Shown: one piece after another, positions 24,409 to 30,707 of the stretch | Layout of the letters: every line of letters begins with the position of its first letter | Numbering within the stretch: the first letter of the stretch is position 1 | IMG/VR virus record: IMGVR_UViG_3300048881_000448 | Location: 1 to 30,707 of that record | Reading direction: 5' to 3' (one strand) | From: a virus | Taxonomy: Duplodnaviria; Caudoviricetes | DNA length: 30,707 nucleotides | The notes under the pieces: model-generated | The model's input: the letters and a program-made list of their open reading frames with translations, nothing else | What the model was told of the DNA's origin: nothing | Databases searched by the model: none | Translations under genes and position numbers: made by a program

Positions 24409-26807
24409 TGAGCAAAAAGAACTACGAAGTTGAACTGCGAGGCAATACCCGGTCTTATCGCAGCGAGTTAGGGCGTGCAATCACCAGTAATGAGCGCTTT
24501 AACAACTCAATGCGTGGATTATCACAGGGCGCACAAGCTATTCAAGGCCCAATGGGCGGCGTGGCCAGTAGGGTATCTGTCGTTAATTCATTGTTTTCTT
24601 CTGGTGCTGCAGTCACTAGCGGATTAGCTGCGGCATTAGCTGGCCTAGTTGCGGTTGGCTATAAGTCGCTGCAGGTGTTCAATGAATACGAAAAAAGCCA
24701 ATTAAGAACCGAAGCACTAGTTAGGGCTACTGGTAATGCGGCTGGTTTCACTGCTGAGCAACTACAACAACAAGCAAACCAAGTTGCGTTAAGCACTCTG
24801 GCGAGTGTGCAGGGAATAACCGAAGCGCAGAACGTTCTTCAGACGTTTAAGTCTGTAAGCGGAGAAACCTTCACCCAGGCAGTGGAACTTTCTCAGGATA
24901 TGGCCGCTGTTTTTGGCGGTACCGCTAAAGATAAAGCCCTGCAATTGGGTAAAGCATTAGAAGATCCTGTAGCGGGTATTAATGCACTTAAGCGCAGTGG
25001 TGTTAGTTTCACTTCTGCGCAGAAAGACATGATTCGCTCAATGGTAGAAATGGGCGATACTGCAGGCGCTCAAAAGGTCATTCTTGAACAGCTTGCGGGG
25101 CAAGTAGGCGGGGCTGGTTCTGCCGAAGCTGGCGGGTTAGCAGGTTCAGTAGACACGCTTGGCCAGCGTTGGGATGAATTATTACTCAGTTTTTCTGAAA
25201 GCTCATCTTTAGGTGGTGGCGTTAAGAAGTGGCTAGATGGTATCTCGTATTCACTTGATAAGTTGCGCGGCAAAATTGCGCCAACTATTGAAGAGTTACA
25301 AATAGAGCTTCAGTACCTCGAAAACACCCAGCAGAAATCAGCGACTAAACGCGGTGCCAACGCGGCAAAAGCAGCTAATGCTATTCGTTCAGCGGAAGCC
25401 GATGAGCTCAGAGACCAAATTCTGCAGATGAAAGCAGAACAGGGCGACCTGCAGGCGTTAGATCAGCTGATAGAACAACGAACCAGTGAACTTGGCAATT
25501 TACGCCAGCGCCTACCAAATGCGAGTTCGGAAGGTACCGGCTGGTTCGGGAGTGGTGAGTCAGAAAAAGAAGAGTTGCAGAAGCAGCAAAGGAAAGCGGC
25601 TGCAGAACTTCAAGAGTTTAAGCGGCAGAAAAAGCAACTTGAAGCAGCTAACCAAGCGCACGTAGAAACGCAAGCCGCTATCAAAGAAGAAGCAGATCAG
25701 ACTGCACAAGTTAAGCGCGAAGAAGAAACTGAGAAAATGGCTTCAAGCCTTCGTGCGCAGTATCAGCGAATTTACGACGAGGCACTGGCAGCTGACGGTA
25801 GAGAGGTAGAGTTAACTAACTTGCGCTACGAGCGCAAGGTTGAAGAGATGAACGCAGAGCTTGAGCTTATGCGTGAAAAGGGACTGCTGACCCAAGAGCT
25901 TGAAAAGGAACATCAAGAAGCACTGAATAATCTTCTACTAACGAAAGAGGAGAAGGTTGCAGAACTGAACCAGCGCGAAATAGATGCGGCAACGGAGAAG
26001 TATGCTGCAATACGTGAAGCTGCGCTTGAAGCTGGCGGAAAAGATGAAGAATTAGCCCAGTTTAGGCATGACAAGCGTGTAGAGGAAATTGAAGCTGAGC
26101 TCGACATGCTACGCGAAAAAGGCTTAGCGACACAGGAAATTGAGGCCGCACATAAGCAGGCAATGGAAGACCTGGAAGCCACTCACCAAGGAAAGCTTGC
26201 TGAAATTCGCGATGAAGCAAGAGAAGAAGAACGCAAGAAGGAAGAAGAGAAGCAAGCTCGTCAGCAAGAAGGTTACGGAGTTCTCTTTGATACGGCAAAC
26301 AGCTTTTTCGATGGTATGGAAGGGCGTGAGGCTGGTTACGCGCGAATGGCCTTGTCTATCGGTGAAACCTTACTTAACGAGAAAAAGCGAAAAAGCCTGC
26401 AGTCTATATGGACTAACACCATGGATGCGGCAATGGGTGCTTACAACGCCTTGGCCAGTATTCCCTATATTGGGCCAGTGTTAGGTGGTGCTGCCTATGC
26501 AGGCGTGGTCGTAACTGGTGCAGCTGCAGCAGCAAAGCTAACTGGTATGGCGCACAGTGGTATGACAAACATTCCTTCCGAAGGTACCTACCTACTAGAC
26601 GGCGGCGAACGGGTTGTTCAACCAGAGCAAAACCGTGATCTCACACGCTTCTTAAGTTCATCAGAAACTAATAATTCTCAGAGTATGAGCTTTAAAAACG
26701 AAACGCATATCCATGGTGATGCATCAAATCGCGATTGGCGAGAGGTTGCATTGCGCGACAAGCGTTTCATTCGCTTGTTCAAAGCACGTCTTGAGAGGCC
26801 AGTATAA
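24408..26807 (+). CDS. Tail tape measure protein
   Basis: 799 aa, Ala/Glu-rich helical; LGKALEDP..G, GMAHSG...EGT.LL.GGERV. Confidence 0.95.
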   Translation: MSKKNYEVELRGNTRSYRSELGRAITSNERFNNSMRGLSQGAQAIQGPMGGVASRVSVVNSLFSSGAAVTSGLAAALAGLVAVGYKSLQVFNEYEKSQLRTEALVRATGNAAGFTAEQLQQQANQVALSTLASVQGITEAQNVLQTFKSVSGETFTQAVELSQDMAAVFGGTAKDKALQLGKALEDPVAGINALKRSGVSFTSAQKDMIRSMVEMGDTAGAQKVILEQLAGQVGGAGSAEAGGLAGSVDTLGQRWDELLLSFSESSSLGGGVKKWLDGISYSLDKLRGKIAPTIEELQIELQYLENTQQKSATKRGANAAKAANAIRSAEADELRDQILQMKAEQGDLQALDQLIEQRTSELGNLRQRLPNASSEGTGWFGSGESEKEELQKQQRKAAAELQEFKRQKKQLEAANQAHVETQAAIKEEADQTAQVKREEETEKMASSLRAQYQRIYDEALAADGREVELTNLRYERKVEEMNAELELMREKGLLTQELEKEHQEALNNLLLTKEEKVAELNQREIDAATEKYAAIREAALEAGGKDEELAQFRHDKRVEEIEAELDMLREKGLATQEIEAAHKQAMEDLEATHQGKLAEIRDEAREEERKKEEEKQARQQEGYGVLFDTANSFFDGMEGREAGYARMALSIGETLLNEKKRKSLQSIWTNTMDAAMGAYNALASIPYIGPVLGGAAYAGVVVTGAAAAAKLTGMAHSGMTNIPSEGTYLLDGGERVVQPEQNRDLTRFLSSSETNNSQSMSFKNETHIHGDASNRDWREVALRDKRFIRLFKARLERPV

Positions 26808-27401
26808 ATGTCTGCTTTTCCTATCCAGTTTTTTAAACAGGTTGAGGTTACGTTAATTCTCGACATCATTAAGCCAGAAGAGCGACTGTATGAAAACAAG
26901 TCATTGGGGAGTGAAGATCCTTATTATCTCTTTGCGCTTACCTCTACACCTGTTAGTCATGATGACGCTATGGAAATTAGCGGAATCCTAGACTGGTACA
27001 ACGATTCAATTAGAAACTTCCTTCTGCCAAACCCACTAAAGTCGGTTAGAAAGCTAAACGGTCTTTATTTAACAACAAGTGGATTCGTTGGTAGCCAAGT
27101 TTTACATGTTGCAGGCTTGCCGCCATCACGTGAAAAGGCGGTATGGGGTGGGGATTTTGTACAGCCCGACATAAACACTAAAGGCTATCGAATTGCTTTT
27201 AGTGCCAACTCAGACGCAACAGGCCGTGCCACAATTACGCTTACTCAACCACTTTTACACAATATTCCTGCGGGTACACAGATTCGCTACGGCGATGATG
27301 TCAACTTTCAGGTGTGTGTTAAGAACCGTAATGGTGGTGAGTTCGGGGTTAAAGATGCGGGAAAAACCATCTTCGATTTAGAGTTAATGGAGCAGCTGTG
27401 A
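26808..27401 (+). CDS. Distal tail (Dit-like) protein
   Basis: Directly after tape measure; SDATG.ATI....PL pattern. Confidence 0.65.
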   Translation: MSAFPIQFFKQVEVTLILDIIKPEERLYENKSLGSEDPYYLFALTSTPVSHDDAMEISGILDWYNDSIRNFLLPNPLKSVRKLNGLYLTTSGFVGSQVLHVAGLPPSREKAVWGGDFVQPDINTKGYRIAFSANSDATGRATITLTQPLLHNIPAGTQIRYGDDVNFQVCVKNRNGGEFGVKDAGKTIFDLELMEQL

Positions 27402-28024
27402 AGAATTTGACTGCATCAGAAATTGAGCGCTTAAAAGGTTACAACCCCACTCGTTACCAAACCTACCTAATAAAAATGAACATCAACGGGAATATGCTTT
27501 ATCTGACAGATAGGGATGCCCCTGTTTTCTACGGCGGTGTTTATTATCAACCGGGTTATATAACGTCTGACAGTATCGATGACATTGAAGTGACTTCAGA
27601 GCCTTCTACAAATGAATTTACGCTTACGTTAGACGTAAGAGACGGTGCTTTCATTCCTTACTTTTTAAATAAAGGTTGGAATAACTCAGAAGTTACAATC
27701 TTTGAGCAACATGGTGATGAAATAGGCGTGATCATTACGCTTAATGTCTTTGAGGGATTTATCGACTCTCGCGACATAATAAGAAAGACGATGAAAATTG
27801 ACGTAGTACTAGCCTCTGTATGGGCAGACTTCGAAAAGCAAGCCGGTACCAAGACGAACTCTGGTTCTCATCAAAAATATTACCCAGATGATACGGCCTT
27901 TGAGCACGTGGCCAGAGCAAAACGAAAAATTTATTGGGGTAAAAATGCGCCAGTTGCATCAAGTAGTGGCAGCTCCTCTGGTAGTGGCCGCTTTGATCTG
28001 CCAAGAATAACGCAGCAGGTTTAA
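27398..28024 (+). CDS. Minor tail / hub protein
   Basis: LYLTD, FEG.I, SVWADFE...G..TN..S pattern. Confidence 0.7.
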   Translation: MKNLTASEIERLKGYNPTRYQTYLIKMNINGNMLYLTDRDAPVFYGGVYYQPGYITSDSIDDIEVTSEPSTNEFTLTLDVRDGAFIPYFLNKGWNNSEVTIFEQHGDEIGVIITLNVFEGFIDSRDIIRKTMKIDVVLASVWADFEKQAGTKTNSGSHQKYYPDDTAFEHVARAKRKIYWGKNAPVASSSGSSSGSGRFDLPRITQQV

Positions 28025-28027
28025 AAA

Positions 28028-30707
28028 ATGAGCCTTTTAGAAGATATTGGTGGGTTCTTTTTTGGGTGGTTAGCACCTGAAGCGCCAGAGCCAATGCCGC
28101 CTGGTACTGAGTTAACATCAGCGCAAACTGATGCACATATTGGCGTAGTAATTGGAAAGGTCCACAAGACGACAGGCAATATCATATTCAAAGAAACCAA
28201 TGATGGTGACTCTGATGATATTAAAAATGACTTGCTTCATATCATTGTCGTGTGGTCTGAAAAAGTTGTGTCAATTGATGAGGTTTATGTAGACGATATC
28301 CCTGTTTCTTCTGATAACCCTGCATTTTTCCATGATGATGGCGGGCGTGTGGTGCACATGCGTAATTTCCCTGATGGCATGGACAACTATGAAGATCCAT
28401 TACTTACTGCAGCAGGGTGGCGATTATCAGACAAAGCTTCAGGTAAAGCATGCAGCTACATTCGTCTTGAATATCATGGTGGCGAGTTTGCTATCACATC
28501 AGAGCCTAAAATTACCGCTGATTTAACGGGTACTACTCACTCAAATCCAGCACTAGCTTTACTCGACTACCTTAAAGATCCGTTGTATGGAAAAGGCCTT
28601 TCTACTGGGCTGATTAACACAAATTCATTTTACAGAGGAAGAGATCTTTGTGACTCTCTTGTCGATGAGGTTGCTGGACAGCCAGAGCAGAGGCCGCTTT
28701 TTAGCTCCAACTGTAAGCTTGATACCAGTAAAGATATATTGGAAAACGTCAATGTACTGTTAAAGCCAATGCGTGGCTGGCTGCCTATTATCGATGGTCA
28801 ATTAACTTTAGTTATTGAGCAAGATGATGACCCAGTTAGCATACCAATCCTTGAGAAAGATATCATCGAGATGGATGGTGTTTCTGAAGGAAGTAAGAAC
28901 AAGCGATACAATCGTGTTGCGGTAACTTACTATGAGCCTGCAGCAGATGGCACTGCGCAGGAAGCCGCTTACCCACCTAAAGGCAGTGCGTTAGAGGCTC
29001 AGCTATTAGAAGAAGATAACGGCTTCATTAATGAAGGTTCCGTAGATCTTGTCACTTGCAACAACTATTACGAAGCTCTTGAGTTCGCTAAAACGTGGCT
29101 TGAAATTTCACGCGAACAAACAAAAACCCGCATACATTTGCCTAAGTGGGCGTTGATTTATGACGTGGGTGACATTGTTCCTGTTTACGATTCGTTTTTA
29201 GGCTGGGAAGGAAAGCTATTTCGGATAGAGCGGATTTCCTCCAATAAAAAACGGGTAACACTAACGGTTCGAGAGCACCAGCCCTATATTTATGATTTTT
29301 TTGGGGAAGGCAACAAACCAGAAATACCTGATACCACATATAGCTTTTCTAACCCCGATGAGCCAAGCGACTTGACGATTGAACACGTATATTCTGCGTT
29401 CGTACAAGTTAAAATCTCTTGGTATTCTGAAGCATCACGTTTCCTTTACCAGGTATTAGATGAGCAAGGCCTATTGATAGAAACGGATTCAATAGCGCGT
29501 TATCACGTAAACCTTTCAGGCTACGCGCTTGGTACCTACCGTTTTAGGGTGATGGCGCTAGGTGGTCTTTCTGCCCGAAGCGGATGGGCTGAAATACCGT
29601 TGATAATGCAAAAGCCTGGCGTACCAACAGATATTACAATAAACCCCACAGCTACAGAGTTGGAAGTTATCCCATACTTAGCCGGTTCTGATAGCTCAAC
29701 CGCGTTTTTGTATTCCATTAGTCACGACCTAACAGATGAAGAGCCGCCTTTGCCATATCGTGGGCCAGCTCATGCTTATACGTTCCCTGGCTTAGCACCA
29801 GAACGTGATTTCAAAATATGGGTTTGCTCATCCAATGCTCTTGGTGAGTCGCAATGGACGTTCGTAGTTGCAAGGACGTCTGCAGTAGATGATAGGTGGG
29901 TAAGCGTAATAGCTAATGTGCAGTGGCCTGGCCTACCTGCAACTCTAAAAGACCACGTTGAATCAATTACTAACGACGTGTCTTATTGGAGTACACAAAC
30001 CAGTGAGCAAGGCGACGACTATCAGCAGCTTATTTACAACGTTACCGAAGCGGTAAGCGCTAACCAGATAAACAGCACAGAGATAATCGGACTTAAACAA
30101 AAAGTTGGTACCAAAACCGTCGCTGCACAATTTACTGAATTTAAGCAGGTGAATATCGGTTATGAAGATGAAAACGGCGACTGGATAGTCGGTGCCCCCC
30201 TAGTTCGAGCATTCGACGAAGTGAAAGTGCAGAACAAAGATGGACAAGAACTCTCAGTGATCAACTTCATGCAAGCACTTGAAAATCAGATAGGTGAACT
30301 AGGCGGCACTTATTACCTTGGCGTTGTAGATGAAAACGAAAACTTCACCGGGCTAAGTATACAGGGCGGTAATGGCGACAGCGACATTCTGCTTTACATG
30401 GATAACCTTCGCTTTGCGAGCACTGCAGGTGAAGTGTTCTTCTGGTTAAATACAATAAGTGGGCGACTTGAAATAGGTGCAAACACTGAATTTAAAGGCA
30501 CCATGCGTGCAGCTAAAAAGCTCGTCGTTTTACCCAATGTTATGGAAGTGGAAGACCCGTCTGGCTTCGGTCCAGACAACTTATGGATATGGAAAGGAAG
30601 CCCGATTCTCGATCAAAACGGAGAGCCTGACTACGGCGCCTTAACCAAACAAAATGCTTCATTAGGCTGGCGCGACTTAAATGGTAACGAGTACTTCGGT
30701 GGCTCAG
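28028..30707 (+). CDS. Tail tip / host-specificity protein (gpJ-like), truncated by the window end
   Basis: ATG 28028 (MSLLEDIGGFFFGWLAPE...); SNPALALLDYL....YGKG motif and Fn3-like segments; absent from the ORF track, consistent with no stop before the window end. Confidence 0.85.
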   Translation, partial: MSLLEDIGGFFFGWLAPEAPEPMPPGTELTSAQTDAHIGVVIGKVHKTTGNIIFKETNDGDSDDIKNDLLHIIVVWSEKVVSIDEVYVDDIPVSSDNPAFFHDDGGRVVHMRNFPDGMDNYEDPLLTAAGWRLSDKASGKACSYIRLEYHGGEFAITSEPKITADLTGTTHSNPALALLDYLKDPLYGKGLSTGLINTNSFYRGRDLCDSLVDEVAGQPEQRPLFSSNCKLDTSKDILENVNVLLKPMRGWLPIIDGQLTLVIEQDDDPVSIPILEKDIIEMDGVSEGSKNKRYNRVAVTYYEPAADGTAQEAAYPPKGSALEAQLLEEDNGFINEGSVDLVTCNNYYEALEFAKTWLEISREQTKTRIHLPKWALIYDVGDIVPVYDSFLGWEGKLFRIERISSNKKRVTLTVREHQPYIYDFFGEGNKPEIPDTTYSFSNPDEPSDLTIEHVYSAFVQVKISWYSEASRFLYQVLDEQGLLIETDSIARYHVNLSGYALGTYRFRVMALGGLSARSGWAEIPLIMQKPGVPTDITINPTATELEVIPYLAGSDSSTAFLYSISHDLTDEEPPLPYRGPAHAYTFPGLAPERDFKIWVCSSNALGESQWTFVVARTSAVDDRWVSVIANVQWPGLPATLKDHVESITNDVSYWSTQTSEQGDDYQQLIYNVTEAVSANQINSTEIIGLKQKVGTKTVAAQFTEFKQVNIGYEDENGDWIVGAPLVRAFDEVKVQNKDGQELSVINFMQALENQIGELGGTYYLGVVDENENFTGLSIQGGNGDSDILLYMDNLRFASTAGEVFFWLNTISGRLEIGANTEFKGTMRAAKKLVVLPNVMEVEDPSGFGPDNLWIWKGSPILDQNGEPDYGALTKQNASLGWRDLNGNEYFGGS

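Larger units (their letters stand above)
99..30707. mobile_element. Lambdoid temperate prophage (long non-contractile tail), right end outside the window
   Basis: Integrase next to tRNA, cI/cro switch, replication, Q, lysis, terminase, portal, capsid and tail genes in canonical order with intact ORFs. Confidence 0.97.

Noticed and set aside
28028-30707. Apparent 2.7-kb ORF-poor region, or a DGR/invertible tail locus
   Set aside because: It is one long tail-tip ORF whose stop lies beyond the window; no reverse transcriptase, invertase or template repeat is visible

Overview
The window holds the left ~30.6 kb of an apparently intact lambdoid (siphovirus-like) prophage integrated at a tRNA-Leu(UAA) gene. 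The host is probably a marine gammaproteobacterium (Alteromonadales-like; inferred). Gene order: tRNA/att with arm-type repeats; leftward early operon (integrase, excisionase, C5 DNA methyltransferase, YfdP/Q/R-like genes, stand-alone sigma-region-4 protein); immunity region (OL and OR 17-bp operators, a repressor with no autocleavage domain, Cro); rightward early operon (an Acb2 anti-CBASS protein, replication O/P-like genes with iterons, Q); late promoter; lysis genes; cos; lambda-type terminase and portal; protease-capsid fusion; tail genes with a -1 frameshift, tape measure and a tail-tip gene cut by the window end. The most striking unexplained element is a three-gene cassette at 7802-8898 between OL and cI, where lambda has rexAB. 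It encodes a secreted Cys-loop/Gly-rich peptide, a ~5-TM membrane protein and a membrane-anchored helical protein. Its promoter overlaps a near-consensus LexA box, and it converges on and overlaps the non-cleavable repressor gene. It is a candidate peptide-sensing or induction-control system, or an exclusion system. All calls were made by eye; no database searches were run.
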